Positions 33,686 through 64,000 of a stretch of DNA of 64,000 bases are shown in pieces. The translations under genes were made by a program, and so were the position numbers. How positions within the stretch are numbered: the first letter of the stretch is position 1; each line of letters opens with the position of its first letter. The stretch is from Nitrospirales bacterium. GTDB lineage: Bacteria > Nitrospirota > Nitrospiria > Nitrospirales > UBA8639. The stretch spans positions 1,824,001-1,888,000 of the forward strand of contig CBDBCZ010000017.1 in NCBI GenBank assembly GCA_965203295.1, given 5' to 3'. The notes below the pieces were generated by a model that saw nothing but the letters and a program-made list of their open reading frames with translations, searched no databases and was not told the DNA's origin.

Positions 33686-34935
33686 TTACCAGTACCAGTA
33701 TTATCATCACTACCACTCTTACCATTGTTACCTGTATTACCAACACTACTGCTCTTACCACTGTTACCTGTATTACCATCACTACCACTCTTACCATTGT
33801 TACCTGTATTACTATCACTACTGCTCTTACCACTGTTACCAGTATTACCATCACTACCACTCTTACCACTGTTACCAGTATTACCATCACTACCACTCTT
33901 ACCATTGTTACCTGTATTACCATCACTACCACTCTTACCACTGTTACCTGTATTACCATCACTACTGCTCTTACCACTGTTACCAGTATTACCATCACTA
34001 CCACTGTTACCACTGTTACCTGTATTACCATCATTACCACTCTTACCACTGTTACCAGCATTACCATCACTACCACTCTTACCACTGTTACCTGTATTAC
34101 CATCACTACCACTTTTACTACTGTTACCTGTATTACCATCACTACCACTCTTACCACTGTTACCTATATTACCACACTACCACTCTTACCACTGTTACCA
34201 GTATTACCATCACTACCACTCTTACCACTGTTACCAGCATTACCATCACTACCACTCTTACCACTGTTACCTGTGTTACCATCACTACCACTTTTACCAC
34301 TGTTACCTGTATTACCATCACTACCACTCTTACCACTGTTATCAGTATTACCATCACTACTGCTCTTACCACTGTTACCTGTATTACCATCACTACCACT
34401 CTTACCACTGTTACCTGTATTACCATCACTACCACTCTTACCACTGTTACCAGTATTACCAAGTACTACCACTGTTACCTGTATTACCATCACTACTGCT
34501 CTTACCACTGTTACCTGTATACCATCACTACTGCTCTTACCACTGTTACCAGTATTACCATCACTACTGCTCTTACCACTGTTACCAGTATTACCATCAC
34601 TACCACTCTTACCACTGTTACCTGTATTACCATCACTACCACTCTTACCAATGTTACCTGTATTACCATCACTACTGCTCTTACCACTGTTACCAGTATT
34701 ACCATCACTACCACTCTTACCACTGTTACCTGTACGTATTACCATCAATACCACTGTTACCACTGTTACCTGTATTACCATCACTACCACTCTTACCACT
34801 GTTACCAGTATTACCATTACTACCGCTCTTACCACTGTTACCTGTATTACCACTGTTACCATGCACTGTTACCTCTATTACCATCACTACCACTTTTACT
34901 GCTGTTACCTGTATTACCATCACTAGTACTGTTAC
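33686..34935 (-). repeat. Right arm: the same 36-bp repeat in inverted orientation
   Basis: Units of tgtattaccatcactaccactcttaccactgttacc are the reverse complement of the left-arm unit. Confidence 0.97.
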
Positions 34936-36371
34936 TTGTTTTACAATTGCACCCAATGTTACTCTTACTGTACTAGTTTTTAGTATGATGTCATTGTATT
35001 GACAACTTTAGTATGATGTCATTATGATGTATTGCCAGTGAATGTTACATGGAGAACCACCCACAATTAGGTATCCGGAACGTGGCATGCATGTGCATAT
35101 AGTCTTGTGCGGCTGGGCACGAGACTAGCGAGACTAGTGCTAGCGCCAGGGCCCGGCGCCAAAAATGGGGCAAGCAAAAATATGTGGTTATATAAGGGGA
35201 AAGTCTGCTTGGCAGTGTACCTGTTTTTGCTCTCTGACACTGCTCTCATGGCTCTCACTAACACTTGGCAAAAAAAAACTGTTGCTGTTTGATGGCTGGT
35301 GAACTTGTATGTAACGTGCCTTCCCTTTTCCCACCTAGACAAAGACAGATTAATCTATAGAAACATACCATACACATAGAGTCACGAATAAATAGGGTCC
35401 ACAGTTCACTTCGTTACACAATAGCTGCATGTGGCTTCAAATAATACAAACAGTGCATTAGCTATATATTATAGAGGAAAAAGTACCACTGCTATAAGTC
35501 AGTAACGTAACTACTAATAGTGTTTATAGTCTTGTAACTGTTGACAGTCAATGAGTGCTCCGCACCCGTGTGCGTAAGCGTGAGTGAACAATTTTTAAAC
35601 AGCCAGCAATGCAATTCAACATTCAACTATTTATACAATTAATATACAATATGGTATAGATGAGTCACTGTGAAGACAGGCAACAGGGAGGCCTGCCGTT
35701 TCAAACGGTATAGTAAGCCAGCCATAGTCACATATCAACATGGGCAGCCTATATATAAAACCTCCAGTGACTTAGGGCGCCTGCTAGTAAGAAGCAAGAG
35801 CATACCAAACTAGGCCAGGCCCTTGGCTGGGATGCCATTTTAATCATAGAACCAAACAGACTTTCAGCATCCGTGGGTTACAGGCACAAGGGAGATTATA
35901 ATTTACAGTTCCAGACGGAGGGCATGCATGCAGTAGCTTGCCATTGTCAATTTGTCATACTGATAGGCATGAGTAACCTCGCAAACGTTCACTTCTGTAG
36001 GAGTCAATGACTCCCGGTCACTAACTTGGCCATGCATGGCCTAGGAATCAGTGAGTCCCATTTACTCCTATGATTGAGTAACTCCCCAGTCATTCACTCT
36101 TAGAAAAATCATTTAAAAATGAAAGAGCATGTAGGGATGGAATCGCAAAAAAGTATAGTTTAGAGTGAATGACTTCACCCAGGATATCGATAGTACAGTG
36201 ACTGTCACTCGATTTTCTACTTCCATGATTAAACACACAAATTCCATGTGGAAGACAGCAAGCGACTACAAAAGTTATGCACATTTGATAAGCCAGAACT
36301 TAGTGTTCCGGCAACATGCATGCACTGTATGATATACTCAGATTATAGCAAATCACCACATCAGTTGATTC

Positions 36372-37438
36372 TTATTTGCAGCCATACAAGGTGTGATGTG
36401 CTGCTGCGTACTGTTCAAAGCTATGAATGCGGCCTGGGTTTTCTTCTAGCACTTCTACCATTTGTCCATAGGAGCTTCCACATCGGCTCTTCAGTGCCCG
36501 TAGGGCCTTGGCAACATTCCCTTCATAGCTGTAGTCAGTTAAAGAGGTTCCATAGCTTCCAAAGCATCTTGCTTCCCAAAACTCTGCCCAGCCCTCATTG
36601 AAAGCAAATCCTTCATTTGTTTGTTTACCACAATAGTGGGTTTGTGGGTAGGCAAACCGGATGACATCAAATAGGAAATGAGCAAAAGTACCATCCTGTA
36701 TAATAAAATGAATACTATGTTATTGCAAAATATTCAATGCTGTAAAAGCCTTAAACTCACCAGTGAGTGTCTGACAGTGTGTGCAAGCTCATGTTTGGCT
36801 GATGCAAAGTCATAGTTGTAACCTGAAGGAATTCGTATTGTTTCAGTTGTTGCATAAGGTGTTCCACCATGGACAGGTGCTTGAGTAATAACTTTGAGAC
36901 GACTATAGGGTAGAAACTTTCCACTTAGTGTAACATAATTTTTCATCGCTCGATACGTCATAACGTAAGCTCGGCAGTGATCACTGCTGAAGTAAATATC
37001 ACCAAAGTCGATGAAATTAGAATAGCTCTTTGTAGGTGTTTGGTCACGTCGAATTATTCCCACAAATTCAAATTTTATAGCCATTTTCCCGTAGTTTCCT
37101 GAGTAGTCATACTCCACTTCAATAAATGGATCAGGTTTGAAATCAAATATATCGCTAATCTGGGGTAGATACTCCCTAGGCCAGGATAACTGATCACATG
37201 CTGACTCAGTCGCCGTAGACACTGTGAAACGTCCTGAGCTGTCTGATCGTGTGGAGCCAAGGGTGTCGTGGTGTACAAAATCTTCATCCTTTAGCCTCAC
37301 TCTCACATACTCCACTGGATATGAGATTCCATTGATTCGGCAAAACACTCTTCCAATGGCTGTGGCGGGGCACTTACGTGCATCCACAGACAAGAAACAA
37401 AATAACCCAAACAAGCTCAAGACAAGACGTGGCTTCAT
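36372..37438 (-). CDS. Secreted zinc metalloprotease-like protein with transthyretin-like N-terminal domain. Exons 37438-36761 and 36695-36372
   Basis: Signal peptide MKPRLVLSLFGLFCFLSVDA; TTR-like segment VRVRLKDED..DTLGSTRSDSSGRFTV..PDPFIEVEY; HELAH zinc motif; 65-bp GTGAGT..TACAG phase-0 intron; exon 2 reads DGTFAHFLFD..AFNEGWAEFW..LYGCK* and supplies the gluzincin third ligand. Confidence 0.85.
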
Positions 37439-37627
37439 TTTTATACAAATATTTGTGTAACTGACCAAATTCGAGCTGTTTCTGCAGTTTAATTTCACAA
37501 GTAGCTATATAGCTAGCTCCTGTTGACTTCCACAAGTGGATTGTAGAAACAAGAGCCCTGGAAAATATAGTAGCCTTAGCTTCAGCCCTGGAGTATGCCC
37601 TCTGCCACTGGCAAACCTATAACTATT

Positions 37628-38656
37628 ATTGACACTGCACTTTAATTCAACTCATATAGCATATCTTCACCACATCTTCTATATATGCCGACAGCTGTTA
37701 TTCTTCTGCAGTGTCCAATCACTTTGTTACATCCCATATATGGAAAGCGACTATGGTACATGCAATGTTGACTACAACAGTTAAGTAAACACTTTCAGGA
37801 TTTTTACTACCAGACATCACAAGTGGGCAACTGTATACTAACGATTAATAATATCATGATTTCAACTTTGTGCTTTTAAGAGAGCAAGGTGTAGCACTTA
37901 TTTTGACTGATGTCCTCTTCTGACTCATTAGTAAATATTCACTATAGAGCTCATGTAACTGGCACCCAGTAGTTCACTAACATACAGCTATAGCCTAGAA
38001 GACAGCAGACTGAGTGTTGCTTGGATGGATATCAGAATGTGGGACAATCTCTTACTGCTAGTTACATGTATATAGAACTGAAGAGAAAATGTAGCTACTC
38101 TAAAATTATAGTTCAGTTACTCAAACCTATAACAAGAAGCGCTAACTACAATTGACACTGCACTTTTATTCAACTCATCAATGATAGCATATCTTCACCA
38201 CATCTTCTATATATGCCGACAGCTGTTATTCTTCTGCAGTGTCCAATCACTTTGTTACATCCCATATATGGAAAGCGACTACGGTACATGCAATGTTGAC
38301 TACAACAGTTAAGTAAACACTTTCAGGATTTTTACTACCAGACATCACAATTGGGCAACTGTATACTAACGATTAATATCATGATTTCAACTTTGTGCTT
38401 TTAAGGGACCTCAGAGAGCAAGGTGTAGCACTTATTTTGACTGATGTCCTCTTCTGACTGATTAGTAAATATTCACTATAGAGCTCATGTAACTGGCACC
38501 CAGTAGTTCACTAACATACAGCTATAGCCTAGAAGACAGCAGACTGAGTGTTGCTTGGATGGATATCAGAATGTGGGACAATCTCTTACTGCTAGTTACA
38601 TGTATATATAGAACTGAAGAGAAAATGTAGCTACTCTAAAATTATAGTTCAGTTAT
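37628..38656. repeat. Recent tandem duplication, two copies of about 500 bp
   Basis: 37628-38118 is almost identical to 38151-38656, with small indels. Confidence 0.95.
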
Positions 38657-39288
38657 CATTATCCAACCACTATGTACTTTGGGTTTGCTTTTGTATAATA
38701 CAGATGTGTCAGGGCAAATAATATAAGACACTGGCTTTCCACTTAAACTGTATTCCATTGCATTACATGTAGCTGTATAATTAAAATGTGGAATGAAAAA
38801 CTATACCACAGATTACGTGAAATCCTATCATGCATGCCTGTGCGTAAGGAGCGATGCTGTCAATGTGGATATTGAGCTTGGCCATGGTACAAAGTGCATG
38901 TCTATGTAATATTGTAACTACGTATATATCTATATGTATACTTCATTCCAGCATATAGATCTAGAGTACTCTACTATCTAGGGTTACAGTAAAACTTTGT
39001 AGCTATAATACCTTTCACTCCAAATCAAACATCATAGCTATAAACTGTTTTTGAAAACAGTTCTTACTCATGAGAAGACAAGGGATGCGGAGCTACATGA
39101 TCAGGGCACACAGTTTTCCTAGTAATATAATAAAGGGAAGAGTAACTGTTTTTCTAAAAAATGGTACTTGTACAATGTCATGCAATTAGATCTATTATCG
39201 AAATTGTGCCCATTCCCTTAAAATTACTATCTGCTCCTAGCAGGACGCATTTCAGGAAATCCACCTTGGTTGCCAATGCCCCTCCTAT

Positions 39289-39450
39289 CAGCGCTGCAGC
39301 AAGTCAGCCTCGCCTGCGGCGCCGATATAATCGCGATATGGCACTGTCGTGCTGGATCGCCAGTCTATAATCGCGATATGGATCCAGCGTGACAATGCCA
39401 TATCGCGATTATATTGGCGCCGCAGGCGAAGCTGACTTGCTGCAGCGCTG
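39289..39450. repeat. GC-rich palindrome or hairpin MITE with about 70-bp arms
   Basis: cagcgctgcagcaagtcagc... / ...gctgacttgctgcagcgctg. Confidence 0.85.
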
Positions 39451-39629
39451 AGACTAGCCACACTTGCTTTTTTGAATGTGGTGTGATAGTGATTATTCCT
39501 CACTCCCTTTCTAGATAACAGAGCGTACTTCTATGCCTATGCCATCGCAGTTCAAGAAACCACGCCCTCTTTAGGCCCTACAGCCATAGATAATATACCT
39601 CCTTCCGCAGCGAGGTCAGCTATGGCAGA

Positions 39630-40595
39630 ATGTGGAAGGAGATCGTTAAAAAGTACTACGGAGCGCGCTTCTGTCACAAATGGCACCAAATCTATGCAGA
39701 TGTTACTTCTGTGCTACTGGGGCTGAAGCCCAGCCTACTGCTGGACTACCTTCCTACGGATACCCTCAGGTTCCAGCTATTTATGCAAGAAGTTCTAACT
39801 CTTCACCTGGGGCATGAGCCTCCAGCATCCTTGCCAAAACTTCGCATTTTGAAACTGGATGAAGATGTCTTGCTTACGAATTCAGATTTCTTGATACCGG
39901 AGTGGCGTCCTGAGTTTGTTGATATAACTAAGGGTATTCCATTACCACTCCTTGTCTCCGAAGAGGACTGCTCAGTTGTAAACAAACAGCTTGCAGTATG
40001 GTACAAAGATCTACTACAGAAAATTACTGAGCCATCCGAGGTCTTGGCTATAGTGAGCAGCAGTGATCTCAGTGATAATGTGAACAGATGCACTTTGTTT
40101 GGGTGGCTGCTGAACTACCCCGTTGTGTACTGGTTTGACCCAGAGATCGGTTACAGTCTAAGTATGGTGGAGCTCGTCTGCTACACAGTGACTGTCCATC
40201 CTGCTCCAGCCGAAACCAGTGATAGGGTGGCGCAGAGACCATGCATGTTAGAAAAGGTGGGGTGAGCATAACAGTTCCTACCCAAAAATCAACTACATGT
40301 AAAGCCTCTAATTAAAGCCCCTATGCCAGCAGCAAACCATTTGTATAGCCAACCACTTGATTCATGCATATACACACGCTGTACACACACACACACACAC
40401 ACACACACACGCGCACACGGTTTCTCTCTCCAGGAACATGTACTCTATTCATTCTCAGTTCCACGGTGCGTCCTACCTGTAGTGCAGGGGAGGATACACT
40501 CCTGGTTCACGGAGCTGAGAACCAGATCCACAGGTGTGGGATGGAATGCTGAAATGAGCTGCAAGGACGTATGCCTACCTAGTATAGCTCTGTAA
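39630..40595 (+). CDS. UPF0739 / C1orf74-like (DUF4504) protein. Exons 39630-40256 and 40434-40595
   Basis: Motifs DVTSVLLGLKPSLLLDY, NRCTLFGWLLNYPVVYWF, LYSFSVP and terminal LPSIAL are typical of this family. Phase-0 GT-AG intron containing (CA)n. Confidence 0.82.
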
Positions 40596-40723
40596 TAACC
40601 ATGATGAATGATAGCATGTTTATTGACCAAGTTGATAAAGAAAAGAGAACAGCGATACATAAAATTAATGTGAGCAGACAGTGCATGACATTGTATGTGA
40701 TAAAAGGAATTCAGTACGTGTAG

Positions 40724-60977
<20,254 letters not shown>

Positions 60978-61554
60978 GTCCTGTTTATTAACTATTAAAT
61001 GGTTAACAAACCTAGGCCTATCACGTGGGCAATTTCACCACTAAACAAGCAGAATTTTCCCCGTAGTTTTTAGATGACTGACTTGTGAGAAAAGACTGGC
61101 TGTGGAAAAGGCTGTGTCCCCGCAGTGACGCATCGGCGAAAGGCGATGGATATATTGCGTGCTCGAGTATTGATGAACTTTCGATTACCGAAGAACAGCA
61201 GTTGGCTCTCAAGATACTTCATTGATCGAGAATTCTGGACTGCCACTGGTGCAGTGTTGTCGTACTCACACTTGAAGCAGTCCAGCAAGTTTTGTTACAA
61301 AGCATAAAACATCAGTATTACTGTACCGATCTTTAGTTTTTAGTTCCAAAGTCCCCACCCCTTTAGTAGTGTAGTGACAGTGTAGTATAGTGCAAGAACT
61401 GGTGTACTCCGTTAGTCAAGTACACCCTCTTTAGTTGATTTCTGATCAAAGCTGTAGTGAACTTTTGATCAAGTTCTAGTTGACTATCCAAGCCACACCC
61501 ACTCCAATTGTGATAGCTTGCGAGCGTAGAAGTCTTGACAACACTAGGGCCAAC
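60978..61554. promoter_or_regulatory. Probable bidirectional promoter of SNIP1 and DCP1
   Basis: 577 bp separate the divergent start codons. Inferred from geometry only. Confidence 0.55.
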
Positions 61555-64000
61555 ATGACCTCGAAAGGAGCCGAGAGACATCTCTCAAGGTCTCCAACTG
61601 GTACAGTGTCAGCAAGACTTGGAGCCCAGGGTGCTAAGGCTTTGACCAACGGTCTGCCACACCGTAGCGCTTCGGTGGGGAAGGCAGAGGTGGCCAAGAT
61701 GAACCTGCTGGCTGTCCACAAGATCGACCCCCAGGTGACAAAGATACTGCAAACCGTGCCGAAGGTGGTCTCCTACGTGTTCCATGAAGCCAACAATACA
61801 TGGGTAAGGGTATTCAGTGTTATACATGTACATGAGTAAATACACGGGTGAACAGTCACTCAGATTCAGACTGAGTGTGGATTTAGGATGACTGATGTAG
61901 CCGTCCATGGATGTGGGGCTCAGAGGCACCTTAAGAACAAGGGTAGGGCGTTCAGTTTTGAGAAACTGCTCTGTCTAGGGACCTGGGACCATCTCAAATA
62001 TCACAATGAGCATATCCCCCTTCTGAAAACATGATTGGGTGTTTCCCTGGTGCTGAGCTGTGCTAAATTTCCTCCCATGAATATTGCCACATACTTTGAG
62101 TAATGAATGAGGCTATTGAATTCCCTACCCTCTGAGGCTTTTCACAGCCACTGGTAGCTAGCTCATGGAGCAAAGAGGCAAACACTCCCCCTATCCCCCC
62201 CCCCCCCCCTCCCCCCAAATTACGTGGTCGTTTAAATGTTGACTAAGAAGTGAATTTTATTTAATTTTGTCCAAAGGAAATGACTTACATGTACCCCTAA
62301 CACCTTTTGTGTGACTGCTTATGCATCTACAAATACATGTGCTAAGTTGTGGCTATTGCAAGAGATGTGTACATGATTAGTCACCTATAGCTGTCCCTTG
62401 CAGATGCTCTGTAAGTGTTCACTGCTGGACTTTCACTCATGATCAGTAGGTACCAATGTTCCAAAATGATGACAATTCAAAGATAGTAGAGAGCCTATTA
62501 CTGCCTATCACTTCACACTACTAATAACTATAGTGTGTACTTTGTTATCTGATTCAAAAGACAGCTGTCTTTCTTTTACTGGAGACTTTGCTTCAGTGGT
62601 GAGTCTGTGGCACAAGCAAGCCGTGCAGATTATAGCTATGTACATTCGCTACTTGTCACTTGTCTGAGAATAGCAACAGTACTCACCCATGACCTTTCTA
62701 CATGTATCTTTTGGCCTGCACACATGACTTCAGTTTGATGGCTTTTGTGTAGCTTACAATGGTACAGGCCTGGGAAAGAGGCTACATGTACATGTGCCCA
62801 TATCTTTCTGAGCAAGCACATATGTATAATCAACTCTAACAGCAAAGAGATACATGTATGTACATGTAGTTAACAAATGTGATGCTTGATATTTTTAAAA
62901 TGTTGTAATGTCTACGTACATGCCCAAAAATGATGTCGACCATCATGCCAAGCATTGTTCAAGACCATCATGACAAGCATTGTTTGAGGAGCCGACAATA
63001 ATGGTTCTTGTTTACTACAGATTTGGTCATAGTCATATAATAGTACAAGTGTTACTGACCACTTTATACACTTACACATCTTTGATGGCATTATATATCA
63101 CTAGTACAAGCTTAGTCCTTTCATTAAACCCTTTTCTAATTGATCCCCCACTTTCCTGTTGTAGAGCTTTGTACATGCATATGTACAACTGTAGTTGGTC
63201 AACTGCTCCCCACAATCATTTTCTTTTTTACCAGCCATGTTGTAATGATTTAGGTTTTGCGTAAGGATCTCCTCACTAAACTAAACCATCAAATTTTGAC
63301 GTTGTGTTTTTACCCTCCTCTTGTAGTTAATAGTTTTCACGTGTACATAGTTTTATTTGTTTTGTATTTTGCATTACAGCTACAGTATTTTGTTTTACTC
63401 TTTAAAAAAAAAATTAGACATTTTTGTACTCATCAAACATCCAGGAAGTGGCTTGTTACAAACTCATTTTACCGTCCATTCCAGGAGAGAACATCAGTTG
63501 AAGGAACACTCTTTGTGTACAGCAGGTGGGTTTTTATTTATTGTGTAGTCTGTTTCCAGTGTACTAATGGCATCATTTAAATGCACAACATGCAACTGGA
63601 AATGAGGCTAAACTTATAGTAGGCACATTGTACATGTTTGATTTTCAAACAGACTACTAAACACAGACTGATATTGCAGCACTATAATCTACATGTGCTA
63701 GCCTCATTCCCCCCCCTCTCCATTACACTTCCCCCCCTCCCCCCCAATGAATAGGAGAGTTCGCAACAGAATCCTAATCTCTTTGTGATACTGATAGCTT
63801 TATGTGTATGTGCATGTAGTAGCATGCTGACTAGGCTCTTGGCTGTTCAGCTCCGGTGTTCTGCCTCTGCAGGGCATCTCCTCCCAGCCATGGCCTGGCC
63901 ATCTTGAACCGCCTGAGCAGTGACAACCTGCACGAGCTTCTCTTTCCAGGGATTGAGTTTCGCAGGCAGAACCCCTTCGTCCTTTTCAAAAGGAAATCAG
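61555..64000 (+). CDS. DCP1: mRNA-decapping enzyme subunit DCP1 (EVH1 domain), 5' part. Exons 61555-61803, 63485-63525, 63873->64000
   Basis: MNLLAVHKIDPQVTKILQTVPKVVSYVF..NTW|ERTSVEGTLFVYSR|ASPPSHGLAILNRLSSDNL..QNPFVLFK with consistent splice phases. Runs off the window. Confidence 0.9.

Larger units (their letters stand above)
29988..35061. mobile_element. Foldback-type DNA transposon with satellite-built inverted arms, about 5.07 kb
   Basis: Termini g(g)ctggttctccatgtaacattcact / agtgaatgttacatggagaaccacc are inverted over about 90 unique bp, then continue as inverted 36-bp arrays. Flanked by direct repeat cacaattag(g) at 29979-29987 and 35062-35070. Confidence 0.9.

Noticed and set aside
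30090..34935. 36-bp periodic repeats as a possible CRISPR array
   Set aside because: Units are contiguous with no unique spacers, there are no cas genes, and the context is eukaryotic.
36585..36600. Suspected frameshift in metalloprotease exon 2
   Set aside because: Recounting gives TTC AAT GAG GGC TGG GCA in frame, so the gene is intact.
61021..61307. Small ORFs between SNIP1 and DCP1
   Set aside because: Short, overlapping in several frames and without a recognisable domain; probably promoter or UTR sequence.

Overview
Intron-rich eukaryotic genomic DNA, probably from a non-bilaterian invertebrate. The repeat landscape is compatible with a demosponge, but that is inference only. Seven host protein-coding genes can be reconstructed: a 6-exon PIM-family Ser/Thr kinase (+), a single-coding-exon LRRC41/MUF1-like protein (-), an intronless DUF1838-like protein of bacterial type (-), a 2-exon secreted HEXXH/NEGWA zinc metalloprotease with a transthyretin-like N-terminus (-), a C1orf74/UPF0739-like gene (+), a 10-exon SNIP1/Pml1 FHA gene (-) and the 5' part of DCP1 (+), head-to-head with SNIP1. 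The most striking structure is a 5.07-kb foldback-type element (29988-35061). It has inverted arms built from a 36-bp (4x9-bp) satellite, matching termini and a 9-10-bp target-site duplication, and it sits about 30 bp upstream of the DUF1838-like start codon. The rest is mobile DNA and repeats: AcademH-like MITEs (one with a RecQ-helicase remnant), Helentron/HINE-like elements next to their own empty site, MULE, pogo, Ginger-like, P-element and LINE relics, a duplicated tRNA-Thr-like unit, three decayed p38-MAPK exon copies, tandem duplications and microsatellites. All family assignments come from motif recognition by eye, not database searches.
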